Source: Abditibacteriaceae bacterium
GTDB taxonomy: Bacteria > Armatimonadota > Abditibacteriia > Abditibacteriales > Abditibacteriaceae
Direction of reading: 5' to 3'
Length of the DNA: 16,364 nt
Assembly (NCBI GenBank): GCA_031425655.1
Contig: JANPJS010000085.1
Span: 1 to 16,364, forward strand
Part shown: positions 1 through 7,683 of the stretch, one piece after another
Position numbering within the stretch: position 1 is the first letter of the stretch
How the letters are laid out: each line of letters starts with the position of its first letter
Program-made: the position numbers and the translations under genes
The notes under the pieces: model-generated
The model's input: only the letters and a program-made list of their open reading frames with translations
What the model was told of the DNA's origin: nothing
Databases searched by the model: none

Positions 1-6
1 TGCGTC

Positions 7-34
7 CTTTGTGTCTTCGTGTCTTTGTGTTTAA
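7..34. repeat. Tandem octamer array (CTTTGTGT CTTCGTGT CTTTGTGT TTAA); probably one arm of a palindrome cut by the window edge
   Basis: 26/28 identical to the reverse complement of 980-1007. Confidence 0.85.
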
Positions 35-44
35 AAATTCAAAA

Positions 45-971
45 TCAGCAAATCATGCCGCGTTTGCCTGCCGGGCCGTGCGCGATGGGATTTTCGCCGA
101 TCCAGCGTTCGTCAACCGGCTCCGAGGCCAGTTGATAACGCGTGTCCGACGACAAGCGGATGCGATTGGTGTGATTATCCAGACTGGCGTGAATGGTGAA
201 AACCGAAAACGCCAGCAAATCGCCGGCGCGAAATTCCGGCGCGGTCAGCCAGCGACCACCTAAGTTGCGGCGCAGCGTAGCCGGAGTGCGCGAAAGCGCG
301 CCGCCTTGCGCAATGTTGCCGCCTCCGCCCATGCCGGTGTAATCGTCGCCGCGCCGGTTGGAGCAAAAAGTGTCCACGTCTTTGGCGCCGTAATTTTCAG
401 TGAGGCGCTTGTGTTTGTGACTTCCTTCGAGAATTATCAGACCGCCCATTTCCAGAGGCACATCGCCCAACGGCGTCCACGACGTAAAGAGTTTTTTGGT
501 GCCGCGCCCCATGTAAACCACGTCCATGTGCGGCGGCGTGGCCGGGCCGGGCGACACCGCGCGCATCCAGGTGAAATCGAAGTGCCGAACCGCGCCGCCG
601 AGCAGCGTTTCATAAAACGCCATCATCGGGCCGTCGTAAAGCACCTGCATCAGCGGCGCGTTATCCTGCGCCAATTCGGGCATGAATTTGACGTGGCTGC
701 CCTGCGAAGCGACGGCGTCTAAAATATCGTGGTTTGAATCAAGTTGTCCGGCTGCCGAGAGCTTTTCCAGACAAACGCGGCGCGCGTCCAACACTTCGTT
801 GCGGTTGAGATAGCCGGGCAGAAAAACGTAGCCGTCGTCGGCCATGTGCGAGCGTAATTCTGCGCCGTCGTCGGCAACATCATTAGAATCGCGCAGCCAG
901 CCGAAGGCTTCGGGCGAGGTGTCGAGTTCTTGCTTGCACGAAGTCAGGCGCGGTAAAGACAGCGTGTTCAT
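45..971 (-). CDS. Phytanoyl-CoA dioxygenase (PhyH) family Fe(II)/2-oxoglutarate dioxygenase
   Basis: 308-aa ORF with HxD motif (TPPHMDVVY), WTPLGD..GGLIILEGSH, distal His (TIHAS) and 2OG-binding Arg (RLSSDTRY). Confidence 0.88.
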   Translation of the reverse strand: MNTLSLPRLTSCKQELDTSPEAFGWLRDSNDVADDGAELRSHMADDGYVFLPGYLNRNEVLDARRVCLEKLSAAGQLDSNHDILDAVASQGSHVKFMPELAQDNAPLMQVLYDGPMMAFYETLLGGAVRHFDFTWMRAVSPGPATPPHMDVVYMGRGTKKLFTSWTPLGDVPLEMGGLIILEGSHKHKRLTENYGAKDVDTFCSNRRGDDYTGMGGGGNIAQGGALSRTPATLRRNLGGRWLTAPEFRAGDLLAFSVFTIHASLDNHTNRIRLSSDTRYQLASEPVDERWIGENPIAHGPAGKRGMIC

Positions 972-979
972 GTTTTAAA

Positions 980-1059
980 TTAACCACAAAGACACGAAGG
1001 CACAAAGAGTTTCGATTCTCTTTGTGCCGGGTGCCCTCTGGGCGGATGTTTTTGTGGTT
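980..1059. repeat. Palindromic octamer array between degT-like and phyH-like genes; right arm interrupted
   Basis: Left arm CCACAAAG ACACGAAG GCACAAAG. Perfect 11-bp inner stem GGCACAAAGAG (999-1009)/CTCTTTGTGCC (1018-1028). Outer pair AACCACAAA (982-990)/TTTGTGGTT (1051-1059). Confidence 0.9.
1026..1043 (-). repeat. 18-nt motif GCCCAGAGGGCACCCGGC, copy 1
   Basis: Reverse complement of 1026-1043 matches 2461-2478 at 17/18 positions. Confidence 0.85.
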
Positions 1060-1064
1060 CAAAA

Positions 1065-2171
1065 TCAAAATCCAGCGCGCACGGCTTCGGCGACGATTTG
1101 GCGCTCGGATTCAGTCAATTCGGGAAAAACCGGCAGTGAAACGACTTCGAGCGCGGCGGCTTCGACAATCGGCAGCGAGCCGGGTTTATAGTTCAGCGAA
1201 GCATAAACCGGCTGCAAATGCAGCGGAATCGGATAGTAAACCGCCCAACCGACGCCGCGCTCGGTCAGCACTTTGGTCAGTGCGTCGCGTTGTGGCACGC
1301 GCAGCGTGTATTGATGGTAAATGTGGCGGGCGCCGGGCAATTCGACGGGCAGCGTGAGCGGCAAATCGGCGAATTGCGCGTTGTAAAACGCGGCGTGCGC
1401 GCGGCGTGCATCGTTCCAGTCTTGCGCGTGCGGCAATTTCACATCAAGCAAAACTGCCTGCAAGGCCTGCAAGCGCGAATTCACGCCGATGACATAGTGC
1501 GTATAAGTGCCGCGCTGTCCGTGAACGCGCAAAACGCGCACTTTTTCGGCGAGTTCGTCGCTGTTCGTGGTGATTAAACCGCCTTCGCCGCACGCGCCAA
1601 GATTCTTCGTCGGATAAAACGAAAACGCGGCCATATCGCCAAGCGCGCCGCACGATTTCACTTCGCCGTTGGTTTCAAGCTGCGATCCCCAAGCTTGCGC
1701 GGCGTCTTCGAGCACGGCGAGGCCATGTTTTTTGGCGATGGCGTTGATTTCGGGCATCGGCGCCGGATGGCCGAAGAGGTGAACCGGAATAATCGCTTTG
1801 GTGCGCGGCGTGATGGCGGCTTCGATGAGCGCCGGGTCAATGTTGTAAGTCGCGGCGTCAATGTCCACGAAAACCGGCACGGCGCCGAGCAGTGACACCA
1901 CTTCGCCCGTTGCGAAAAAGGTAAACGGCGAGGTGATGACCTCGTCGCCCGGCCCAACGCCCAGCGCCATCAGCGCGATTTGCAGCGCGTCGGTGCCGTT
2001 GGCCACGCCGATTGCGTGCTTTACACCCAGAGAGCGGGCCGCATTGGCTTCAAATTCATACACGGCGGGGCCAAGAATGTAGTGACAGCTTTCAAGTAAT
2101 TTCAGCGCTGCCGCTTCGAGTTCAGGCTTCAAGCTCTGATATTGGCGAGTAAGATCGAGAAGAGGAACCAT
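1065..2171 (-). CDS. DegT/DnrJ/EryC1/StrS family PLP-dependent sugar aminotransferase
   Basis: Motifs ANGTDAL, GDEVITSPFTF, IIPVHLFG, EDAAQA and SFYPTKNLG (PLP lysine). Start moved to ATG 2171 (MVPLLDL) because the upstream extension is translated heptamer repeat. Confidence 0.93.
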   Translation of the reverse strand: MVPLLDLTRQYQSLKPELEAAALKLLESCHYILGPAVYEFEANAARSLGVKHAIGVANGTDALQIALMALGVGPGDEVITSPFTFFATGEVVSLLGAVPVFVDIDAATYNIDPALIEAAITPRTKAIIPVHLFGHPAPMPEINAIAKKHGLAVLEDAAQAWGSQLETNGEVKSCGALGDMAAFSFYPTKNLGACGEGGLITTNSDELAEKVRVLRVHGQRGTYTHYVIGVNSRLQALQAVLLDVKLPHAQDWNDARRAHAAFYNAQFADLPLTLPVELPGARHIYHQYTLRVPQRDALTKVLTERGVGWAVYYPIPLHLQPVYASLNYKPGSLPIVEAAALEVVSLPVFPELTESERQIVAEAVRAGF

Positions 2172-2176
2172 AAAAC

Positions 2177-2249
2177 AAAAGGGATGAGGGATGAGGGCGG
2201 AGGGATGAAAATTAAATTCATCCTTCATCCCTCCGCCCTCATCCCTTTT
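2177..2249. repeat. Palindromic heptamer array (GGGATGA family) just 3' of tRNA-Phe; may act as terminator or processing hairpin
   Basis: AAAA GGGATGA GGGATGA GGGCGGA GGGATGA (units 2181-2208), 9-nt spacer, TCATCCT TCATCCC TCCGCCC TCATCCC TTTT (units 2218-2245). Confidence 0.92.
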
Positions 2250-2253
2250 CCAT

Positions 2254-2326
<73 letters not shown>

Positions 2327-2341
2327 GGCAAGCGAAAAGAG

Positions 2342-2370
2342 ATTATAGCCAAGCGCGCCCGCTGTGTCCA
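2342..2370 (-). promoter_or_regulatory. Sigma70-type promoter of tRNA-Phe
   Basis: -35 TGGACA (2370-2365), 17-bp spacer, perfect -10 TATAAT (2347-2342), 15 nt upstream of the tRNA 5' end. Confidence 0.8.
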
Positions 2371-2377
2371 CAGCGAA

Positions 2378-2508
2378 AGGATGAGGGATGAGGGCGGAGG
2401 GATGAAAAAGCGGCGCTTCGCGCCGCTGGATTGCGCGCCACAAGCGCTTTTTCATCTCCTGCCCAGAGGGCGCCCGGCCCTCATCCCTCCGCCCTCATCC
2501 CTCATCCC
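2378..2508. repeat. Palindromic heptamer array (GGGATGA family) at the panB 3' end, with inner hairpin and interrupted right arm
   Basis: Left arm AGGATGA GGGATGA GGGCGGA GGGATGA AAAAGCG; inner stem AGCGGCGC-TTC-GCGCCGCT (2409-2427); right arm CGCTTTTTCATC...TCATCCC TCCGCCC TCATCCC TCATCCC. 2379-2408 is identical to 2182-2211. Confidence 0.9.
2461..2478 (+). repeat. 18-nt motif GCCCAGAGGGCGCCCGGC, copy 2
   Basis: 17/18 match to the reverse complement of 1026-1043. Confidence 0.85.
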
Positions 2509-3388
2509 TTCCCCAGCGGGCGCGCTCGTCGTCGCTCATTGTCCAGCCGTTGGCCGAACCGGGGAAAACGCCGCTCTGCACTTCGTTGACGTAAGCCCGC
2601 GCGGCGTCCAGTAAAATTTCGCGTCCGCGCGCATATTGGCGCACAAAGCGAAACGGTTTGCCGGGCAGCAAGCCGGCTAAATCGTGCCAGACCAAAACCT
2701 GCCCGTCGCAGCCGATTCCGGCGCCGATGCCGATGGTCGCCATGCGCACTTCGTCCGTGATGCGCCGCGCGACTTCTTCGGTCATCGCTTCCAGCACGAC
2801 GGCGAAGCATCCTGCGGCTTCGAGACGCCGCGCTTCTTGCAATAAGCGTTCGGCATCGAGGGCGGTTTTGCCCTGAACGATTTCCTCGAAGCGCAAAACC
2901 GATTGCGGCGTGAAGCCCAAATGGCCCATGACCGGCGCGCCCATTTGCGTCAGTTGCTCGATGGCGCGCAGCGCCAAATCGCCCGCGCCTTCGACTTTAA
3001 TCGCGTGCGCGCCGGCCCGCAAAAGGCGCGTGGCGTTGGCCGCAGTTTCACCTGCGCCGCCGTGATAACTGCCAAACGGCATATCGGCGACAATCGGCAC
3101 GTCCGGGCGGGGTGAACTTTTGGCGCCGCGAACCACGGCTGCGGTGTGGCGCGCTATGTCGTCCATGTCAACGAGAACGGTGTTGTCGTAGCCCAAAACT
3201 ACGTTTCCCATCGAATCGCCGACGAGAAGCGCGTCGGCGCCTGCTTCGCAGCACAGCGAAGCCGTGGGCGCATCGTAAAGCGAAACCATCGCCAGCGGTT
3301 TTTGCCGCTGTTTTTCCGAAAAAGTCTTGAGAGAAGCCGTCATCGCCGGGAGTTTAGGCGATTGGCCAAATGCCGTCCGGCGATTCAT
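2495..3388 (-). CDS. panB: 3-methyl-2-oxobutanoate hydroxymethyltransferase
   Basis: Motifs LLVGDSMG, VADMPFGSY, AIKVEG, GHLGFTPQ, TIGIGAG..CDGQVLV. Start is ATG 3388 (ATGA overlap with the upstream stop) or ATG 3343. Confidence 0.96.
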   Translation of the reverse strand: MNRRTAFGQSPKLPAMTASLKTFSEKQRQKPLAMVSLYDAPTASLCCEAGADALLVGDSMGNVVLGYDNTVLVDMDDIARHTAAVVRGAKSSPRPDVPIVADMPFGSYHGGAGETAANATRLLRAGAHAIKVEGAGDLALRAIEQLTQMGAPVMGHLGFTPQSVLRFEEIVQGKTALDAERLLQEARRLEAAGCFAVVLEAMTEEVARRITDEVRMATIGIGAGIGCDGQVLVWHDLAGLLPGKPFRFVRQYARGREILLDAARAYVNEVQSGVFPGSANGWTMSDDERARWGRDEG

Positions 3389-4203
3389 TGCTCGCCATAA
3401 TAAAGAATCAGAAACGGCGTGGCCGCGCCGATAACGAAGAAAAGCCACAAGGCGACTTTGCCGCCGCAGCCGCCGCCCTTCGCGGCGCGCCCCGTTTTGC
3501 CTTTGCCTTGCGGAGCGGCTTGAGAATTCGGCTGTTTTGCGCCTTCCCATTTCTGGCGATAAAGCAGATTGTGCGGTTGAAGGCGCACGGCGCGCTCGTA
3601 ATTCAACAATGCGAGGTCGTTGCGGCCTTTGTCGGCGTAAATATCGCCGAGCAGGGCCGGCGCTTCGGCGTTGCTGGCATCGGCTTTCATCACGCGCTCG
3701 CAAATGGCAATGGCTTCGGGCGCGCGTCCATCCTCGAAATAAAGATTGGCGGCGTCGAAGACCATCGTGAGCAGGCGCGCCCGCGTGTTAGTGGCACCGG
3801 AGACCATGTCGCGGCCTCCGGGCACGCCGGGTCGCGCCGCGCCGCGCCCGCCGTAAGACGAGGGCGTAGCGCGTCCTGCGCCGCCGAAAGGCCGCGCGCC
3901 GCCCGGCGATTGGCGCGGCATCGGACGTGGCGTTGTGCGCGAAGACGACCCCGCGCTGCTTTCGGCGGCTTTGGCGGCGTTGCGATTCTGGCGCGAACGG
4001 TCGTAAGCGGCGCGTTTTTCCGCATCCGAAAGCACGGTGTAGGCTTCGAGAATGAGCTGCATCCGCGCGTGAGCGGAGTCTTTGTCCGGCGAGATGTCGG
4101 GGTGATTGAGACGCACCAATTTCCGATACTGGCTCTTAATCAGAGTCACATCGGCAGCGGGTTCGACTTCAAGGATCGCGTAATAATCGTGCGTCGTAGG
4201 CAT
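3385..4203 (-). CDS. J-domain (DnaJ-like) protein with TPR repeats and a C-terminal hydrophobic segment
   Basis: DYYAILEV...HPD...EAYTVLSDAEKRAAYD J-domain; G/P/R-rich linker; TPR-like LLGDIYADKGRNDLALLNYERAVRLQP; C-terminal VALWLFFVIGAATPFLILYY. Confidence 0.9.
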   Translation of the reverse strand: MPTTHDYYAILEVEPAADVTLIKSQYRKLVRLNHPDISPDKDSAHARMQLILEAYTVLSDAEKRAAYDRSRQNRNAAKAAESSAGSSSRTTPRPMPRQSPGGARPFGGAGRATPSSYGGRGAARPGVPGGRDMVSGATNTRARLLTMVFDAANLYFEDGRAPEAIAICERVMKADASNAEAPALLGDIYADKGRNDLALLNYERAVRLQPHNLLYRQKWEGAKQPNSQAAPQGKGKTGRAAKGGGCGGKVALWLFFVIGAATPFLILYYGEQ

Positions 4204-4232
4204 CGCGGAAATTTCATATAAATCATATCATC

Positions 4233-5663
4233 TCACGGCCCATTGCCGCCCGCCGCCGCTTCGATTCCCTGAAAATAACCGCCGTAAAACCCCACCAGTT
4301 GAAAGCCGACTTTGATGCCCACAAAGAGCAGCGCCGCCACGCCCAATGCCGCCGTCGCCTGTTTAATCGCGGTTTCGGCATCGCTTTCCAAGAAATCGGC
4401 GACTTTATCCAGTTGTGTTTCGATGCTGCCCGATGCTTCGCCGGTAGCTAACATTTGCAAAGCCAGAGGCGGAAAAGCGCCACTGGCTTCGAGCGCGCTG
4501 GTCAGCGTGGCGCCGTTGTCCAATCGGTGAATGATGGCGCGTGTGCGCCGCGCGATGGCCTCGTTGCCGCAGGCGTCCGAAGCGAGCATCACAGTTTTGT
4601 GCAAACCCATGCCCGCCGCCTGCAACGCGCCCAAAGCGCGGCAAAACTTGGCCGTCGCAAGCGCACGCACGAATTTTCCGGCGACGGGAAACTTTAATTT
4701 CGCCTCATCTATAGCCAAGCGATGCGGCCCGCGCGACAATGTGCCCGGCGCAACTTTCGAGAAAATCTTCCAGCCGATGAAAGCGAAAAACACGAAGAAA
4801 ATCACGCCTTTCATCGAATCGAACCACGCGCCCAAACCGCCCAAAACCAGCGGCACGACGGATGGAATAATGAACGACATGGCGAAAACCATTTTCGGAT
4901 ACCAGGTTTCGCGCTTGATCGTCTGCTGAATTTCGTAATCGCGCTCGGAATAATCGGCCAGACGCGCGCAAATGCGGTCGAGAAAACCGCCGTGTTCGCC
5001 CGCCGAGATCATGCCGATCATCAATTCGGAAAACAGGCCGGGATAAGCGCGCATGGCGACGTTCCATTCTTCGCCGCGCGCCGCGCGCACGCTCATTTCG
5101 CCCGCCGCGTGGCGCAGCGCCGCATTCGGAGCGTTTTTCGCCATCAGATTCAACGCCTGCGCGACCGACGAACCGGCGTTCAGCATGGCGTGCATCTGCC
5201 GAAAAAACAGCGAAAGCTGCTTGGCATCGGCCAAAAGCAGCGGCTGCGTGGCAACGTGCCCCGGCGCCGTGGCAACACTTCGCACCTCGACCGGCATCGG
5301 TGACGCAACAGCCGGCGGCACTTGTGGAATTTCACGGCGCGCCGGTGCCGGCATTTCGCGCGAAGGCGCCGGCACTTCAACGCGCGGCGGCATTTCGCGC
5401 GCTGTCGGCGCTTCACGCGGCGGCATTTCGCGGATCGTGGGTGCGGTTGCAACAACGGAAGCGACTGGTGATGTTTGAGGCGCAGTTTTCAACGCCGACG
5501 GCGCTTCGACGGCCACGCGCGGCGCGCCGACGGGCGCGATTTTCGTGACCACAAGCGCCTTTGCGCGCAATTCCGCGAGAGCCGTCGGGCCATCGGTGGC
5601 TTCGTGCGTTCCGGTCACGCGCTGGCCATCGCGGTCGCGCGCTTGATAAGCGAAAATCGGCAT
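4233..5663 (-). CDS. Type II secretion system F / type IV pilus PilC family inner-membrane platform protein
   Basis: N-terminal MPIFAYQARDRDGQRVTG; two T2SSF-type domains (FFRQMHAMLNAG...GEHGGFLD and FCRALGALQAAG...GEASGSIETQLDKVADF); transmembrane segments. Confidence 0.92.
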   Translation of the reverse strand: MPIFAYQARDRDGQRVTGTHEATDGPTALAELRAKALVVTKIAPVGAPRVAVEAPSALKTAPQTSPVASVVATAPTIREMPPREAPTAREMPPRVEVPAPSREMPAPARREIPQVPPAVASPMPVEVRSVATAPGHVATQPLLLADAKQLSLFFRQMHAMLNAGSSVAQALNLMAKNAPNAALRHAAGEMSVRAARGEEWNVAMRAYPGLFSELMIGMISAGEHGGFLDRICARLADYSERDYEIQQTIKRETWYPKMVFAMSFIIPSVVPLVLGGLGAWFDSMKGVIFFVFFAFIGWKIFSKVAPGTLSRGPHRLAIDEAKLKFPVAGKFVRALATAKFCRALGALQAAGMGLHKTVMLASDACGNEAIARRTRAIIHRLDNGATLTSALEASGAFPPLALQMLATGEASGSIETQLDKVADFLESDAETAIKQATAALGVAALLFVGIKVGFQLVGFYGGYFQGIEAAAGGNGP

Positions 5664-5673
5664 ATGTGTTCTT

Positions 5674-5703
5674 CGATAACTTTCGCGTGCCGATGGTTCG
5701 CAC
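5674..5703. repeat. 30-bp direct repeat, left copy (CGATAACTTTCGCGTGCCGATGGTTCGCAC)
   Basis: Exact match to 7654-7683. Confidence 0.97.
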
Positions 5704-5822
5704 CTGTTTCACTGGAATTTCCGTCGTTATATGGTCTAAGTCACCGCGTAAGAAATAACGAAAATCACAATTAGCGGTTGAAATCGGTTGTTAAATTCCC
5801 TATCGCGTTATGTTCTGGGAAA

Positions 5823-7544
5823 TTAGGCACTTTCAGCGATGGTTTCCAGAATTTCTTCGACAGGGTCAGCTACCAAGGCAAGTTGGCCCACGCCAACTTG
5901 CGGCAAGGTCTCTACTCGGCGCAAATTGCGTTCGATAACGCGCGTGCGTGTCGAGGCGCTTTCGACAGTGTTTGAGGCTTCCTGCAATTTCTTTTTCACT
6001 TTGTCCAGCACGTCGGCATATTTGCCAAATTCGGTTTTGACCGCTCCCAAAACTGCCCATACTTCGCTGGAACGCTTTTGAATCGCCAACGTGCGAAACC
6101 CCATTTGAAGAGAATTCAGAAGCGCGGCTAATGTGGTTGGCCCGGCGATAATCACCCGGCAATCGCGCTGCAAAACTTCGACAAGGCCCGTGCGACGCAC
6201 CACCTCGGCATACAAACCTTCAGTCGGCAAAAACATGATGGCGAAGTCGGTGGTATGCGGCGGCGCAATATATTTACTGCAAATCATGGCAGCACTGGCT
6301 CGCACCGCCATTTCGAGACCTTTAGAAGCCGCCTCAATTCCCTGTAAATCGCCAATTTCCTGAGCATCTACAAGGCGTGCGTAATCTTCCTGCGGAAACT
6401 TAGCATCTATTGGCAGCCAAACCTGCGCTTGCTCTTCATCGTGGCCCGGCAACTTAATAGCGAATTCAACACGTTCGTTATCGCCCGGTTTGACGGCGAC
6501 ATTGCACTCGAATTGATCGCGAGTCAACACCTGTTCTAATAAATTCCCTAATTGTATCTCACCCCAAGTGCCACGCATTTTCACGTTACTCAGAACCTTT
6601 TTCAGGTCGCCGACTCCGTTCGCCAAAACCTGCATCTCGCCCAAACCGCGATGCACCTGCTCTAATCGCTCAGAAACTTGGGTAAAAGACTCACTCAAAC
6701 GCTTTTCCAGCGTGCTTTGTAGTTTTTCGTCAACAGTGGCACGCATTTGATCGAGTTTTTGAGAGTTGTCAGCCTGAAGCGCCTGCAATCGTTCCTCGAC
6801 ACTGAGACGCATCTTGTCTAATTTTTCCTCGCTGCTCCGGCTGATCCCTGTCAAATGTGTGCCAAATGCGTCCAATTGATTTTTTTGCAATGTTGCCACT
6901 TCAGCGGTTTGCCGAAGCAATGAATCACCCACGTTCTTCATCTCGCCTTGCAAGGTCGCTCGGAGTTGCGCCGCATCATTCTTTGCAGATTGCACTAATT
7001 CACTCAAGCTCATAGAGAACTGTTCCATCTGTTCTCGCTGTGCATTTGAGGAATTTCTCTGGTTGGCGCCTAACAGTTCTCCTAACGACTGAATCGCCGT
7101 GCCCGTCTCTTGTCGCAAACTTTTCCCTCCGGCAACTTGTTCAACTTTAAGGGCTTCCAAACGTTCGTTTTGTTTAGTAAAAAAGTCATTCAATTGAGTG
7201 CTGAGAGCCGCAGCAAAACTTTGCAATGCACCGTTTGATTTATCAATCAACCTCTCAAAACTCTGATTAGTAGCACGCTCCATCCCCACGAATCGCTCGT
7301 TCAATTCCTTTAATGAGCGCCCAATTTCGTCGCGCGTTTCTTTGGCGCCGGACGCGATTTCACGTCGGTTAGCAGCGATTTCGTCACGCAACAAGGCTTC
7401 AAGACGAACTTGTCCCTTTTCTAAAGTCTCACACTGCACACGTAAGGCTCCAGAATCGCTGTCAGTTTGTTTCTTAAGCGTCAGCACTATCATCGTCAGG
7501 CTAACGACTTGCAAAAGCGCCACAATTCCCAATAAAACCAACAT
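5823..7544 (-). CDS. rmuC: DNA recombination protein RmuC (N-terminal TM helix, long coiled coil, PD-(D/E)XK-like domain)
   Basis: RGTWGEIQL, LPIDAKFP, TTDFAIMFLPTEGLY, GPTTLAALLNSLQMGF. Purine-rich GGAAAAGGGG precedes the ATG. Confidence 0.95.
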   Translation of the reverse strand: MLVLLGIVALLQVVSLTMIVLTLKKQTDSDSGALRVQCETLEKGQVRLEALLRDEIAANRREIASGAKETRDEIGRSLKELNERFVGMERATNQSFERLIDKSNGALQSFAAALSTQLNDFFTKQNERLEALKVEQVAGGKSLRQETGTAIQSLGELLGANQRNSSNAQREQMEQFSMSLSELVQSAKNDAAQLRATLQGEMKNVGDSLLRQTAEVATLQKNQLDAFGTHLTGISRSSEEKLDKMRLSVEERLQALQADNSQKLDQMRATVDEKLQSTLEKRLSESFTQVSERLEQVHRGLGEMQVLANGVGDLKKVLSNVKMRGTWGEIQLGNLLEQVLTRDQFECNVAVKPGDNERVEFAIKLPGHDEEQAQVWLPIDAKFPQEDYARLVDAQEIGDLQGIEAASKGLEMAVRASAAMICSKYIAPPHTTDFAIMFLPTEGLYAEVVRRTGLVEVLQRDCRVIIAGPTTLAALLNSLQMGFRTLAIQKRSSEVWAVLGAVKTEFGKYADVLDKVKKKLQEASNTVESASTRTRVIERNLRRVETLPQVGVGQLALVADPVEEILETIAESA

Positions 7545-7653
7545 AAATGCCCCTTTTCCAAGAGAAGTTGGCTTTTAGTTAGCACAAAGGGAACTGAACG
7601 GCAATGAAGTGGAACTCATTTAGACCGCGACTTAATTGACTTCTGCTTGGTAA

Positions 7654-7683
7654 CGATAACTTTCGCGTGCCGATGGTTCGCAC
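7654..7683. repeat. 30-bp direct repeat, right copy; overlaps the last base of the uvsE stop codon
   Basis: Exact match to 5674-5703. Confidence 0.97.

Larger units (their letters stand above)
5674..7683. mobile_element. Putative inserted single-gene islet carrying rmuC, bounded by 30-bp direct repeats
   Basis: Exact terminal direct repeats 1980 bp apart. Interior is visibly lower in GC (spot count 25/60 at 7201-7260 versus 38/60 at 4561-4620). No integrase or transposase inside. Confidence 0.6.

Noticed and set aside
3389..3703. N-terminal extension of the panB ORF
   Set aside because: Overlaps the J-domain gene in another frame; PanB similarity begins after 3388.
3370..4221. Long antisense or alternate-frame ORFs (also 4722-5303, 9282-9896, 9794-10381, 12012-12593)
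   Set aside because: Shadows of well-supported genes in GC-rich DNA, with no recognisable motifs.
5740..5800. attC-like start (minus strand ATTTAAC-AACCG-ATTTCAAC) downstream of rmuC
   Set aside because: No complementary L'/R' (GTTAAAT-like) box was found at a suitable distance.
5733..7626. Inverted 7-mer GGTCTAA/TTAGACC about 30 bp inside each direct repeat
   Set aside because: Roughly symmetric but only 7 bp with dissimilar flanks; cannot be distinguished from chance, so not called as terminal inverted repeats.
5674..7683. 30-bp repeats as a CRISPR array, integron attC, dif site or tRNA-derived att
   Set aside because: Only two copies 1980 bp apart and no cas genes. The AAC...GTT span is far shorter than an attC and the boxes are not complementary. 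No convincing XerC/XerD arms. No match to the tRNA-Phe 3' end.
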